Shown here: positions 19,469 through 30,110 of the stretch, one piece after another
Numbering within the stretch: the stretch's first letter is position 1
Layout of the letters: each line of letters starts with the position of its first letter
NCBI GenBank assembly: GCA_964355175.1
Contig: CAYHBZ010000002.1
Span: 204,537-268,536 of the forward strand
Length of the DNA stretch: 64,000 bases
Direction: 5' to 3'
Origin: an uncultured Gammaproteobacteria bacterium
GTDB taxonomy: Bacteria; Patescibacteriota; Patescibacteriia; Magasanikbacterales; GWA2-37-8
The notes under the pieces: model-generated
Seen by the model: the letters and a program-made list of their open reading frames with translations, nothing else
What the model was told of the DNA's origin: nothing
Database searches by the model: none
Program-made: the position numbers and the translations under genes

Positions 19469-19541
19469 ACTTTTATCTAGATCTATTCTAGGCTAATTTC
19501 AGCCTAGCTCTATTCCAGGGCATCAAAGGCGAGGAGGGGCC

Positions 19542-19733
19542 ATGCCCAGTCACAACAGCGGCCGGAAGGGGGATCAAGTCAAGACCAAGAAGAAGCGCAA
19601 AGCCGAAAAAGGCAAGCGGGTGCGCGTCAACAAGTACGAGAAGTACTCGCATGCTGGCCAGGAGCAGGACAAGATCGCTCGTGAAGGCGCGCGAGTCTTG
19701 GACTCTCAGGGAGGGAGGTCTGGGCGGTGGTAG
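19542..19733 (+). CDS. GC-rich 63-aa highly basic (Lys/Arg-rich) small protein
   Basis: strong SD GGAGGGG 5 nt upstream of ATG; about 62% GC coding in AT-rich flank, immediately downstream of tRNA. Confidence 0.45.
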   Translation: MPSHNSGRKGDQVKTKKKRKAEKGKRVRVNKYEKYSHAGQEQDKIAREGARVLDSQGGRSGRW

Positions 19734-19852
19734 CCGTAGGTGGAATTCGTTTCCGCCGAGGTAGTGCTGGCGAACCCTGCTCGTACTACCTGTTTTTTAT
19801 AAAATATTTTTATACAAAACAGGGAGATTTTTTACGAGCAGGGTTTTAAAAA

Positions 19853-19886
19853 CAAAAAACCGTCATAAGACGGTTTTTTGTTTTTA
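19853..19886. terminator. bidirectional terminator AAAAAACCGTCATAAGACGGTTTTTT
   Basis: hairpin flanked by A-run and T-run between convergent genes. Confidence 0.7.
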
Positions 19887-19897
19887 ATGTGAGAATG

Positions 19898-20179
19898 TTA
19901 GCTCGCCTTCAGCGCATCCTTCAAAGCTTTTCCGGCTTTGAATTTTGGTACCTTCACAGCTGGGATTTGAATTTTTTCAGTTGGCTTTTGTGGGTTGACA
20001 CCGGTGCGAGCGGCACGAGTCTTGGCACTAAAAGCACCAAAACCGGTGAGGACTACTTCTTCGTCTTTTTTCAAAGTGGCGATAGTGAGCTCCACAAAAG
20101 CGTTGAGCATGTCTTCGGCTTCACGCTTGGAAATATTTAATTTTTCAGATAGCGCTTGAGCTAATTCAGCTTTGTTCAT
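19898..20179 (-). CDS. hup: DNA-binding protein HU
   Basis: MNKAELAQALSEKLNISKREAEDMLNAF...GFGAFSAKTRAARTGVNPQ HU/IHF signature; start at internal Met of ORF. Confidence 0.85.
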   Translation of the reverse strand: MNKAELAQALSEKLNISKREAEDMLNAFVELTIATLKKDEEVVLTGFGAFSAKTRAARTGVNPQKPTEKIQIPAVKVPKFKAGKALKDALKAS

Positions 20180-20272
20180 ATGTTTATAAATAAATATTAT
20201 TTCTATATGATTATTATACCACAGTAGCTTTTTTTTCGCTACAATAGGCAATAATTACTTTTCCACAGCGCC

Positions 20273-21799
20273 TTAGCGAGCGTATTCGATGATGCGGGAT
20301 TCGCGGATCACGTTGATGCGAATTTCACCAGGATACTGCAAGTCTTCCTCTACTTTGTGAGCAATATCTTTGGCCAATTGGTAGGCGCCGTAGTCATCGA
20401 TTTCATTTGGTTTTACAAATACACGTACTTCACGGCCAGCTTGAATAGCATAAACTTTATCGATGCCAGGGAAAGACATTGCTGTCTTTTCCAATTCTTC
20501 GAGACGAGCGACAAACTGCTCGACACTGTCGCGACGAGCGCCGATGCGGGCACCGGAGATAGCGTCAGCGGCTTTGGCGATACAAGCATAAATACTTTGT
20601 GGTTTGTCCAAATGGTGATCGCGAGCGGCCTGACAAACATCATCGTCAATATTAAATTTTTTCAAAATTGCATAACCAATTTCTGGATGTGAACCTTGGG
20701 TTTCTTGGTCCACGGCTTTACCGATATCATGGAAGAAGCCGGCCTTCTTGGCTTTGGATTGATCCAGGCCAAGCTCGGCGGCCATGATGCCAGCGAGGTA
20801 TCCGGTTTCCATGGAGTGGTTCATAATGTTTTGACCGTAACTAGTACGGTATTTGAGACGACCGACAATGCCTACTAATTTTGGATCAATACCAACGATA
20901 TTCATTTTGTAGAGAGCTTCTTCGCCGGCTTTTTTAATAGCTAAAGATAATTCTTGTTTAGCTTTTTCTACAAATTCTTCAATACGAGCGGGCTGGATAC
21001 GTCCGTCGGCCATAAGTTTTTCCAAAGCCAAACGAGCCACTTCACGACGAATCGGGGAGAAACAAGAAATAATAATAGATTCCGGAGTGTCATCAATAAC
21101 GATTTCACAGCCGGTAAGTTTCTCGATAGTTTTAATATTGCGACCTTCTTTACCGATGATGCGGCCTTTCATTTCTTCGCTTGGAAGGTGAATTACTGAG
21201 CCGGTAGTTTCAGCGGAATGAGAAGAAGCGGTGCGCTGAATAGCTTCGGTCAAAAGATTACGAGCTTTTTCTTCGTAGTGTTCGGTAGCTTCTTTTTCCA
21301 ATTTAGTAATACGAGCGTAAAGATCGTTCTTGCTTTCTTCTTCTACAATAGCCAATAATTCCAATTTTGCCTCTTCTCTGGTAAGAGCGGACAATTGAGT
21401 CAGTCTTTCAGTTTGCTGTAATTTCAAATCTTCAACTTCTTGTTTGATGGCTTTGACGCGCTCCACTTTTTCTTGGAGTTTGGTCTGAGTATCTTGGAAT
21501 TCAAGCAACTTTTGGTCAAACATTGTTTCGCGTTTTTCTAGACGCTGTTGGGCACTATGTAATTCAGCGCGGATTTGCTTTTCCTCAGTTTTGGCATCCT
21601 CAATAATTTTTTGAGCCTTTTCTTTACCTTCAATTACCAATTCCTGTTGTTTGGTTTTGGCCTCGGTAAGCATTTTGTCTGCTCTGGCTTCCATGGAGTT
21701 GGCTTGGGCTTGGGCTAATTTCTTGCGTAAAAAGTATCCGCAAGCACCACCTATTAGCACTGCCACTACGGCCACGGCTAGCATGATCAACGAATTCAT
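20273..21799 (-). CDS. rny: ribonuclease Y
   Basis: N-terminal TM, coiled coil, KH domain (GRIIGKEGRNIK), HD domain (HDIGK). Confidence 0.9.
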   Translation of the reverse strand: MNSLIMLAVAVVAVLIGGACGYFLRKKLAQAQANSMEARADKMLTEAKTKQQELVIEGKEKAQKIIEDAKTEEKQIRAELHSAQQRLEKRETMFDQKLLEFQDTQTKLQEKVERVKAIKQEVEDLKLQQTERLTQLSALTREEAKLELLAIVEEESKNDLYARITKLEKEATEHYEEKARNLLTEAIQRTASSHSAETTGSVIHLPSEEMKGRIIGKEGRNIKTIEKLTGCEIVIDDTPESIIISCFSPIRREVARLALEKLMADGRIQPARIEEFVEKAKQELSLAIKKAGEEALYKMNIVGIDPKLVGIVGRLKYRTSYGQNIMNHSMETGYLAGIMAAELGLDQSKAKKAGFFHDIGKAVDQETQGSHPEIGYAILKKFNIDDDVCQAARDHHLDKPQSIYACIAKAADAISGARIGARRDSVEQFVARLEELEKTAMSFPGIDKVYAIQAGREVRVFVKPNEIDDYGAYQLAKDIAHKVEEDLQYPGEIRINVIRESRIIEYAR

Positions 21800-22048
21800 A
21801 TATAAAAAATCTTTCAGAGTGAACTGAAAGACAGCTTTTTGCCAATTAGTGGCAAAATAGGAAGAATTTTGGTTGGAATTACAAATTATCCCGAATCAAT
21901 CGGGGCGGCATCTATATGGTCAGAGAAAAAGTCGATTTTGAAGCGATATTTTCTGTCAATCTAACCGATAAAATGTTGAAATTTGTAGTCATTTTAGCCA
22001 AATTTTACGTATTCTTCCAAATGCTGTTTTCAGAGTCAGCTCAGTTGG

Positions 22049-22822
22049 TTATTTAAGTGCTTTTATCATAGCACAAATGTTCCCAAATGTCAATTTAAGC
22101 CAATTTTGAGTAGGGGATTTTTTACTATGATCTTTTTGCTCAAAATAGTCTTTTAAATTTTTTATTTGTATGGCTTGGTCTATGCTATAGTCGCCGATTT
22201 TGGTACGGCGTAGGGCGCTGCAATAAGCACCTGTCCCCAGCTGTCTGCCAATATCGTCAGCCAAAGTGCGGATATAGGTACCCGCTGAGCTGTGGACCTG
22301 GATGGTAAGCTGGGGGTAGGAATAATCCAAAAGTTTAATTTCAAAAATGGTGATATGGCTTGGTTCGCGCTTCACTTCTTTACCTTTGCGCGCCAACTTG
22401 TAGAGTCTTTGGCCGTTTACCTTTTTGGCGGAAAACATGGGTGGGAGTTGGTCTTGGGGGCCGATAAAATTCTTTAGTACTCTTTCTATTTCCGCCACAG
22501 CTACCGGTTTGGATTCGGGATTTTTTACTATGGTGCCAGTGCTATCAAAGGTATCAGAAGTAGAGCCTAGTTCTAAAGTGGCGATATAAGTTTTGGAAAG
22601 ATGGGTGAATTGGTCTATTTTTTTGGTATTTTCACGACCGACGGCAATAAGTAATAAGCCAGTAGCAAAGGGATCAAGAGTGCCGGTATGGCCTACTTTT
22701 ACATTCTTTATCCCATTGGTATGGTAAAGCTGTGAGCGAATAAAATTAACCGCGTCAAAACTGGTCCAGGTGGCTGGTTTATCAATTAATATTAGATCTT
22801 TATTTAAAAATTCATTATTCAT
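22049..22822 (-). CDS. truB: tRNA pseudouridine(55) synthase
   Basis: LIDKPATWTSFDAV, GHTGTLDPFATGLL catalytic Asp motif. Confidence 0.9.
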   Translation of the reverse strand: MNNEFLNKDLILIDKPATWTSFDAVNFIRSQLYHTNGIKNVKVGHTGTLDPFATGLLLIAVGRENTKKIDQFTHLSKTYIATLELGSTSDTFDSTGTIVKNPESKPVAVAEIERVLKNFIGPQDQLPPMFSAKKVNGQRLYKLARKGKEVKREPSHITIFEIKLLDYSYPQLTIQVHSSAGTYIRTLADDIGRQLGTGAYCSALRRTKIGDYSIDQAIQIKNLKDYFEQKDHSKKSPTQNWLKLTFGNICAMIKALK

Positions 22823-22990
22823 TGGGGAAGGATGCGGGACGGCGCGCGCTGGTCAGGAGGGGGTCCTGTGCGCGCGCCGTCCCAATGTCATCATTGTGAA
22901 ATGCTCTTGGTCCCGCCGCGCGGGCAGGGAAGAGTCAATAGACTCTGCGAAAAACGGCAGTGAGCCTTCAAGACGACATAGGGTAAAGTA
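22823..22990. other. GC-rich (about 65%) non-coding structured element between divergent truB and infB
   Basis: 14-bp stem GGGACGGCGCGCGC / GCGCGCGCCGTCCC with nested CAGGA/TCCTG hairpin; followed by AAAGTCAA-loop-TTGACTTT hairpin. Confidence 0.4.
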
Positions 22991-23070
22991 GTCTAAATTT
23001 TTATAAAAGTCAATCGCGGTCCAGGGTTTGACTTTCTGATGAATTTGCATTATAATAAAGCAATAATAAT

Positions 23071-25086
23071 ATGAATGTTAGTGAATTAGCCCGACAACTT
23101 CGCGTTCATCCCGCAAAGCTCCTGCAAATCCTGCCGGAGTTTGGTTTTGATATCGGCGCCCGCGCGGTGAAAATTGATGATCGTGTGGCGGCTCAAATTC
23201 AACGCGATTGGCGCCGAATAAAATTTGTGCTCGAAGACCGTGAACTCAAAGCTAAAGAAAAAGAAAAAGAATTGGAACGCCAGCTTCGTAAAGAAAGTGG
23301 CGCGACTGTAGAAATACCAAATGTCCTGACGGTACGTGAACTTTCGGATATTCTAAATATTCCAATCAACAAATTAATTTTGGAATTAATGAAGAATGGC
23401 ATCTTGTCTACTCAAAATGAAAAAATAGATCGCGAAACTGCGGTGTTGATGGCGCAAGAACTGGGTTTTTCCGCGGTGCTCAAAGAAGAAAAAGCTGACA
23501 TCGAAGATTCCACTCATTTAGAAAATTTAGAAAAAATATTAGCTTCCGGAAATGATACCCCGCGTCCACCGGTGGTAGTGGTAATGGGTCATGTGGACCA
23601 TGGTAAAACAAAATTACTTGATTCGATTCGCTCTACCGACGTAGTATCTGGTGAAGCCGGTGGTATTACCCAGCATATTGGTGCTTATCAAGTAATTTGG
23701 AATAATCCAAAAACCAAAGAAAAATCTCCGCTTACTTTTATTGATACTCCTGGTCACGAAGCTTTTACGGTAATGCGGTCTCGCGGTGCCAAAGTGGCTG
23801 ATATTGCTATTTTGGTAGTAGCCGCTGACGATGGTGTGAAGCCACAAACCGTGGAAGCAATCAATATTATTAAAGCGGCCAAATTGCCGGTAATTGTGGC
23901 TATCAATAAAATTGATAAACCGGCCGCCGATGCGCAGAAAGTACGCTCTGAAGTTTCTCAATATGGATTGATTCCAGATGATTGGGGTGGCGAGGTGCCG
24001 ATGATTGAAATTTCTGCCAAAAATAATTTGAATATTGATAAACTTTTGGATTCGATATTGTTATTGGCTGAATTAAATGCTGGTACGATAAAAGCCGACG
24101 CTACTCGCGCCGCGGCTGGTACGGTGATTGAAGCTCACGTCGACAAAGGTCAGGGTCCGGTAGCGACCGTATTGGTGCAGACCGGTACTTTGAAAGTAAA
24201 TGATCCGCTCGTAGTGAATGGTGAAATTTACGGCAAAGTGCGTGCCATGAAAAATTATCGTGGTGAAGATATCAAGACCGCTGTGCCTAGTACGCCGGTG
24301 AGAATTCTTGGTTTTAAATTAGCACCACGCGTAGGGGATGTATTGGATGTAGGTAGTGTGGGTGAAGCGACAGAAATTAATTTGAAAAATAAGCGTGTTC
24401 AAAATACCGGTGCCGAACAGCGTCCGGTGGTATCGACCGGTGACACCGAAGCGGATGAAGCGCGTAAGACTTTTAACATTGTTATCAAAACCGACGTGCT
24501 TGGATCGCTGGAAGCCATTACTGCTTCGCTTGAAAAGATTAAAAATGAAGAAGTGAGCGTGAAAGTAGTAGGCAAAGGTTTGGGTAATATTACGGCTGAC
24601 GATGTATCTTTGGCCTCGGCTACGGGTGCACAAGTATTTGCTTTCAACGTGGCCTCTAGTTCTTTGGCCAATGAAATGATGGGCAATACCGGCGTAGTAT
24701 TTAAGCAGTTCAAAATTATTTACGATCTTTTTGATTATGTCAAAGAAGAATTGGAAAAACTTTTGAATCCAGAATTAATTATTACCGAACTTGGCAATCT
24801 CAAAATCATGGCTATTTTTCGTACGGACAAAGGCTATATGATCGTCGGTGGCCGCGTAGAAATGGGCAAATTACAAAAAGATTGCAAAGTGCGCGTGAAA
24901 CGCAACAAAGAAATTATTGGCAAAGGCGCACTGTCTCATCTGCAGACCGGTAAACAGGAAGTAAAAGAAATTCCTGAAGGTACGGAATGTGGTGTGCAGT
25001 TTGATGGGAAGCTTCGTCTAGAAGAAGGGGATATATTAGAGGCTTACAAGGAAGAAAAGAAGGAGAAGAAATTGGTTTTGAGTTAG
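23071..25086 (+). CDS. infB: translation initiation factor IF-2
   Basis: GTPase G-domain [29 protein letters not shown]. Confidence 0.9.
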   Translation: MNVSELARQLRVHPAKLLQILPEFGFDIGARAVKIDDRVAAQIQRDWRRIKFVLEDRELKAKEKEKELERQLRKESGATVEIPNVLTVRELSDILNIPINKLILELMKNGILSTQNEKIDRETAVLMAQELGFSAVLKEEKADIEDSTHLENLEKILASGNDTPRPPVVVVMGHVDHGKTKLLDSIRSTDVVSGEAGGITQHIGAYQVIWNNPKTKEKSPLTFIDTPGHEAFTVMRSRGAKVADIAILVVAADDGVKPQTVEAINIIKAAKLPVIVAINKIDKPAADAQKVRSEVSQYGLIPDDWGGEVPMIEISAKNNLNIDKLLDSILLLAELNAGTIKADATRAAAGTVIEAHVDKGQGPVATVLVQTGTLKVNDPLVVNGEIYGKVRAMKNYRGEDIKTAVPSTPVRILGFKLAPRVGDVLDVGSVGEATEINLKNKRVQNTGAEQRPVVSTGDTEADEARKTFNIVIKTDVLGSLEAITASLEKIKNEEVSVKVVGKGLGNITADDVSLASATGAQVFAFNVASSSLANEMMGNTGVVFKQFKIIYDLFDYVKEELEKLLNPELIITELGNLKIMAIFRTDKGYMIVGGRVEMGKLQKDCKVRVKRNKEIIGKGALSHLQTGKQEVKEIPEGTECGVQFDGKLRLEEGDILEAYKEEKKEKKLVLS

Positions 25087-25121
25087 TGCACATTTTTTCG
25101 ATAAAATATTTTCCACTCGTT

Positions 25122-25230
25122 CACAGTGAAAATACTCGGATAATTTGTAACTCGCTCAGCTCTGGCCCTGAACTCGTCGCTTGGCTCCTCAAACAGCAGG
25201 GCCAGCCACGCTTCACGACTCACAAATTAT
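25122..25230 (+). repeat. about 110-nt interspersed structured repeat, copy 1
   Basis: about 85% identical to 46931-47041; internal stem CTGGCCCTG ... CAGGGCCAG. Confidence 0.6.
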
Positions 25231-25309
25231 TTCCTCGTATTTTCAATGTTCACTCGTTGGAAAATGTTTTATCTCTAAAAACATTTAAATAATTTTTAAC
25301 TTTTTTTAT

Positions 25310-25630
25310 ATGGAACATATATTTACTGACGGAAATTTTAAAGTTGAGGTTTTGGAAAGCCAAGTGCCGGTGTTTGTGGATTTTTGGGCTCCTTGGTGCG
25401 GGCCTTGTCAGATGATGGGGCCGGTGGTGGAAGAATTGGCCAAAGAGCTGGAAGGTAAGAATATCAAAATTGGCAAATTGAATGTGGATGAAAATAATGA
25501 TACTTCTACGGCTTATAGCGTAATGAGTATCCCAACTTTTCTTATTTTCAAAGGCGGAGAAGTGGTGGATCAAATTACCGGTGGTGTGCAAAAGGAAAAG
25601 TTGAAGGAAATGATGTCTAAATATTTGTAA
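25310..25630 (+). CDS. trxA: thioredoxin
   Basis: WAPWCGPC active site. Confidence 0.9.
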   Translation: MEHIFTDGNFKVEVLESQVPVFVDFWAPWCGPCQMMGPVVEELAKELEGKNIKIGKLNVDENNDTSTAYSVMSIPTFLIFKGGEVVDQITGGVQKEKLKEMMSKYL

Positions 25631-25633
25631 ATT

Positions 25634-25660
25634 AATCCCGACTACGGTCGGGATTTTTTT
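25634..25660 (+). terminator. terminator/attenuator AATCCCGACTACGGTCGGGATT + T7
   Basis: CCCGAC hairpin family member abutting next start codon. Confidence 0.6.
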
Positions 25661-25975
25661 ATGTTTCCTATTGTCCTACTATTTATTGGGGGAGTGGTGC
25701 TCACCGTTGGTGATATTGTGATGAAAAAATGGGTGGTGAGCAGGGCCAATTCTTGGTATTTTTTCGGTTTGCTAATTTATATGATCGGATTAAATTTTTT
25801 GGCGCAGAGTTTTAGGTATAAGAATATTGCCGCCGCTTCTACTATTTTTGTAATTTTTAACGTGATTACTCTATCATTGGTGAGCTGGTTTTATTTTAAA
25901 GAAACTTTGTCTCCATTTCAGATTATAGGTATAGCGCTTGGTATCATAGCGATTTTATTTTTAGAGATGGCTTGA
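25661..25975 (+). CDS. small 4-TM membrane protein, SMR/DMT-like
   Basis: 104 aa, four hydrophobic helices, topology like small multidrug resistance proteins. Confidence 0.5.
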   Translation: MFPIVLLFIGGVVLTVGDIVMKKWVVSRANSWYFFGLLIYMIGLNFLAQSFRYKNIAAASTIFVIFNVITLSLVSWFYFKETLSPFQIIGIALGIIAILFLEMA

Positions 25976-26040
25976 TATTGTTGATTCTTAACTTAAATTA
26001 AGGTATAATTTATTTAATTAAAATTAATTTAACAAAATAT

Positions 26041-26409
26041 ATGAATTACTATCGAGCAGTTTTAAATAAGTATGCGGAATTCAGTGGTCGTGCTCAGAGA
26101 GCGGAATATTGGTATTTTGTTTTATGTAATTTTTTAATTGGCCTTGGTCTTATTATTATCGGCAGTATTATTTTTAGTAAAGGCGTTGGTCAAGCACTAA
26201 ATACTTTGTATAGCTTGGCAGTACTTATTCCTAGTTTGGCGGTTGGGGTAAGAAGATTACATGATATCGGGAAAAGCGGTTGGTGGTTATTTTTGGTGTT
26301 GATACCGCTAGTTGGTCCAATCTGGCTTTTGGTGTTGATGATTACTGATAGTAATCCTGGTGATAATCAGTACGGTCCAAATCCAAAAGGCGTAGTAGTG
26401 GCCAAATAA
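26041..26409 (+). CDS. DUF805 (YhaI-like) inner membrane protein
   Basis: FSGRAQRAEYWYF ... GVRRLHDIGKSGWWLFL signature. Confidence 0.75.
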   Translation: MNYYRAVLNKYAEFSGRAQRAEYWYFVLCNFLIGLGLIIIGSIIFSKGVGQALNTLYSLAVLIPSLAVGVRRLHDIGKSGWWLFLVLIPLVGPIWLLVLMITDSNPGDNQYGPNPKGVVVAK

Positions 26410-26538
26410 AAATAATTAATAATAAAATTTTTTAAAACATTCCAATTTAATTGGGATGTTTTTTGTTAATTTGCAAGGATTTTAGTGGATAATTTGCAGG
26501 TTGATTTCGCCTGCCAGATAGGGTAAAATAACCCCGCT

Positions 26539-29500
26539 ATGAAAGACTTTGTTCATCTCCATGTCCATTCGCATTATTCGCTTCTAGAAGGCTTGGCCAA
26601 GGTGCCGGAGCTTGTAAAAGCTGCCAAAAAGCGTGGTTTTTCGGCGTTGGCGCTGACTGATCATGGGAATATGTACGGGGCGATTGAGTTTTATCAGGAG
26701 TGTGAAAAAAATGATATTAAGCCAATTATTGGCACGGAAGTATATGTGGCTCCCAAAAGCCATCTCGACAGAGATGAACACGAAAATTATTCACGCTTGG
26801 TATTGCTCGCGATGGACAACGAGGGCTATCATAATTTGGTAATCCTTACTTCAATTTCTCAGACCGATGGTTTGCATATCAAGCCACGCGTGGACAAAGA
26901 ATTATTAAAAAAACACAGTGCCGGTATTGTGGCGCTCTCGGGTGGCTATGATGGCGAAGTGGCTTTGGCTATCCGCAAAGAAAATGATTTGAAAAAAGCT
27001 AAGAAGATCGCCTTGGAGTATAATAATATTTTTGGACAAGATAATTTTTATTTGGAATTAATGGATTTGCCGGCGCGTGAAGGGCAGACCGAATTAAATT
27101 CTACTTTGATTGATCTAGGTCAAGATACTGGTATCCCGCTGGTAGTCACGCGCGATGTACATTATCTAAATCCCGACGATGCGGAAGCGCAGGATGTGCT
27201 TACCTGTATTCGCGATGGTAAAAACGTGGAAGATGTTAGTCGTTATTCCATGGTGGGTTTGGATTATTCTTTTTGCAAAGCCGAAGATGTAATCAGTCGG
27301 TTTGGACACATTAAAAGTGCTATTGAGAATACCGCAAAAATCGCGGAGCGTGCCAATTTAAAATTGATTTTAAACAAGTGGCATTTCCCGCATATTGATT
27401 TGCCGCCCGGTAAAAATGCTGATGAGTATCTTAGTGATCTGGTGTATGAGCGCCTGGCAAAATTAATTAATATTGATGATAAGGCGCGCGAGCGTATTGA
27501 ATATGAACTGGGTATTATTAAAACTAAAGGCTATTCGCCATATTTTATTGTAGTGGCGGACTATGTGAATTATGCCCATGATCACGGTATTGTAGAAACT
27601 ACTCGTGGTTCTGGTGCTGGTTCTATCGTGGCTTATGGCATGGGTATTACCACTGTAAATCCGCTTTATTTTAAATTACCGTTTGAGCGTTTTTTAAATC
27701 CTTACCGTCCGAGTGCGCCGGATTTTGATGCGGATTTTGCCGATGATCGCCGTGATGAAATGATAGCGTATGTAACCAAAAAATATGGCGCTGATAAAGT
27801 GGCGCAGATTATTACTTTTGGTACTATGGCGGCGCGCGGAGCAATTCGTGATGTTGGGCGTGCTTTGGGTTATTCTTATTCTTTTTGTGACCAAGTCTCC
27901 AAGATGATCCCGATGGGTGCGCAAGGTTTTCAAATGACTTTGGATAAAGCTATGACTTTGGAAAAAGATTTAGGTGAGCTTTATAAGAAAAATCCGCAAG
28001 TACAAAGATTGATTGATTTGGCTAAAAAAATTGAAGGCTGCGCGCGTCACACTTCGATGCATGCGGCTGGTGTGGTAATTTCGCCAACAGCCCTGACCGA
28101 CTTCACTCCTATCCAATATGAAACCGGTGGTGGAAAAATTACTACACAATATGAAATGCACGCGGTAGAAGCGGCTGGTCTGCTCAAGATGGATTTTCTT
28201 GGTATTCGTAACCTTTCTATCTTGGGACGCGCTGTCGAAATCGTAGAAAAAACTACTGGCAAAAAAATTGATATTTTCAAAATTCCCTGGGACGATCAAA
28301 AAACTTATGATATGCTGTCGCGCGGTGAAACCAACAGTGTGTTTCAATTGTCTGGCTCGGGCATTACTCGCTACCTCAAAGAACTAAAGCCGTCTACTAT
28401 TTTTGATATCACCGCGATGGTGGCACTGTTTCGTCCTGGCCCGATGGAACAGATTCCAGAATATATTCGCCGTAAACATCATCCGGAAATGGTGGATTAT
28501 TTGGATCCACGCATGAAAGAATATTTGGATCAGTCTTTGGGTTTGATTGTGTATCAGGACGATGTTTTGCTTACCTCTATTCATCTGGCTGGATACAACT
28601 GGGAAGAAGCGGATAAATTTCGCAAAGCCATGGGTAAGAAAATTCCAGAAGAAATGGCGAAGCAAAAAGAAAAATTTGTAAAAGGCTGTCGCGAATTTGG
28701 TAAATTGCCGGAAGCAAAAATTCATTTGCTGTGGGAAATGATTGAACCGTTTGCGGCATATGGTTTTAATAAAGCCCATGCGGCCAGCTATGGGGTGGTG
28801 GCGTATCAGACCGCCTATATGAAGGCTAATTTCCCGGTACAGTATATGACCGCGGTGCTTATCGCGGAAAGTGGGGACATGGATAAAGTGCCGGAAATTA
28901 TCCGTGAATGTGAGCGTATGGGGGTAAAGGTAAAACCACCGGATGTAAATGAAAGTATGAAAACTTTCGCCATGATTGGTTGGGAAAATGGTGGGGAAGC
29001 GCATATTCGTTTTGGTCTAAGCGGTGTGAAAAATCTCGGCGAACACATTGCCGAAGCGATTTATAATGAGCGTCAAAATAATGGACCCTATAAAGATCTG
29101 ACTGACTTCTTGCAACGAGTGCAACATAAAGATCTGAACAAAAAGTCACTCGAGAGTCTGGCCAAATGTGGAGCTCTGGATTATTTTGGATTTGATCGTG
29201 GTGTTCTTTTGGCTAATACCGAAAATTTATTATATTTTTCCAAGAATTTTGGTGAACAACAAAGAACTTCTCAAAATTCTCTTTTTGCCGGTACTGGAAT
29301 AGACTTTTCTTCCAAGCTCCATCTAGCAAAGGCACCTAATGCCACTCAAGATGAGGTGTTGATCTGGGAAAAAGAATTGTTGGGTTTGTATGTGACTGCG
29401 CATCCGTTTGCGCCGTTTGCAGAGCAGCTGTCCTCATGTCTGACCAATATCAAAGATTTGGGTGGCTATAGCCGTAATGAATGGATTATTGTAGGCGGTA

Positions 29501-30000
29501 TCATTGATAGTGTAAAGAAAAAAATTACGCGCAGTGGTTCGCCGATGAGTTTCGTAAATATTCAGGACACTACGGATCGTCTGGAACTTTTGGTATTTCC
29601 AAAAGTTTATGAAAGAACCAAAGAGATTTGGGCCGAAGGCAGAATGGTAGTGGTAGTAGGTAAAACTTCACAGGAAGAAGGGGATAACAAACTTTTTGTA
29701 GAAAAGGCTTATGCTCTGAGTATGGAAAACGCGCCTCAGTTGGCCGCGCAGCTGGGTGGTAGCAAAAATAATTCTATCCGCCAGTATGTGTCTCCAGAAT
29801 TGGCGGAAAAAAGTTTTGAAATTAATATTGCTGCCGATCGTTTAAAAATTAAAGCCGATGGTATTAAAGCCCTGTTGGCTTCAATGCCGGGAGAGGAAGC
29901 GGTGTATTTGGTGGTAGGGGATAAGAAGATAAAAACTTCTTACAAGATACAATCAAGCCAAGAATTTAAAGACAAGCTCAGGATAATTTTAGAAAGTTGA
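26539..30000 (+). CDS. dnaE: DNA polymerase III alpha subunit
   Basis: PHP domain HLHVHSHYSLLEG, polymerase core and OB-fold; 1153 aa. Confidence 0.92.
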   Translation: MKDFVHLHVHSHYSLLEGLAKVPELVKAAKKRGFSALALTDHGNMYGAIEFYQECEKNDIKPIIGTEVYVAPKSHLDRDEHENYSRLVLLAMDNEGYHNLVILTSISQTDGLHIKPRVDKELLKKHSAGIVALSGGYDGEVALAIRKENDLKKAKKIALEYNNIFGQDNFYLELMDLPAREGQTELNSTLIDLGQDTGIPLVVTRDVHYLNPDDAEAQDVLTCIRDGKNVEDVSRYSMVGLDYSFCKAEDVISRFGHIKSAIENTAKIAERANLKLILNKWHFPHIDLPPGKNADEYLSDLVYERLAKLINIDDKARERIEYELGIIKTKGYSPYFIVVADYVNYAHDHGIVETTRGSGAGSIVAYGMGITTVNPLYFKLPFERFLNPYRPSAPDFDADFADDRRDEMIAYVTKKYGADKVAQIITFGTMAARGAIRDVGRALGYSYSFCDQVSKMIPMGAQGFQMTLDKAMTLEKDLGELYKKNPQVQRLIDLAKKIEGCARHTSMHAAGVVISPTALTDFTPIQYETGGGKITTQYEMHAVEAAGLLKMDFLGIRNLSILGRAVEIVEKTTGKKIDIFKIPWDDQKTYDMLSRGETNSVFQLSGSGITRYLKELKPSTIFDITAMVALFRPGPMEQIPEYIRRKHHPEMVDYLDPRMKEYLDQSLGLIVYQDDVLLTSIHLAGYNWEEADKFRKAMGKKIPEEMAKQKEKFVKGCREFGKLPEAKIHLLWEMIEPFAAYGFNKAHAASYGVVAYQTAYMKANFPVQYMTAVLIAESGDMDKVPEIIRECERMGVKVKPPDVNESMKTFAMIGWENGGEAHIRFGLSGVKNLGEHIAEAIYNERQNNGPYKDLTDFLQRVQHKDLNKKSLESLAKCGALDYFGFDRGVLLANTENLLYFSKNFGEQQRTSQNSLFAGTGIDFSSKLHLAKAPNATQDEVLIWEKELLGLYVTAHPFAPFAEQLSSCLTNIKDLGGYSRNEWIIVGGIIDSVKKKITRSGSPMSFVNIQDTTDRLELLVFPKVYERTKEIWAEGRMVVVVGKTSQEEGDNKLFVEKAYALSMENAPQLAAQLGGSKNNSIRQYVSPELAEKSFEINIAADRLKIKADGIKALLASMPGEEAVYLVVGDKKIKTSYKIQSSQEFKDKLRIILES

Positions 30001-30007
30001 ATGTGAT

Positions 30008-30070
30008 AAAAAGATTCTTCGCTCTGCTCGGGATGACAGTGGTGTGAAAGGGATCCTTCGCTGGCGCTCA
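30008..30070. repeat. REP-like hairpin repeat units (GATYCTTCGCT..GCTCRGGATGA), two tandem units
   Basis: related units also at 34460-34560 and 37795-37840. Confidence 0.5.
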
Positions 30071-30078
30071 GGATGAAT

Positions 30079-30110
30079 TAAAAAACCCGACTTGGTCGGG
30101 ATTTTTTAAT
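30079..30110. terminator. bidirectional terminator AAACCCGACTTGGTCGGGATTT
   Basis: CCCGAC hairpin family; between convergent dnaE and rel. Confidence 0.7.

Noticed and set aside
22955-22975. CTGATGA heptamer upstream of infB resembling a hammerhead core
   Set aside because: No GAAA after a stem II and no stem I/III partners; chance occurrence.
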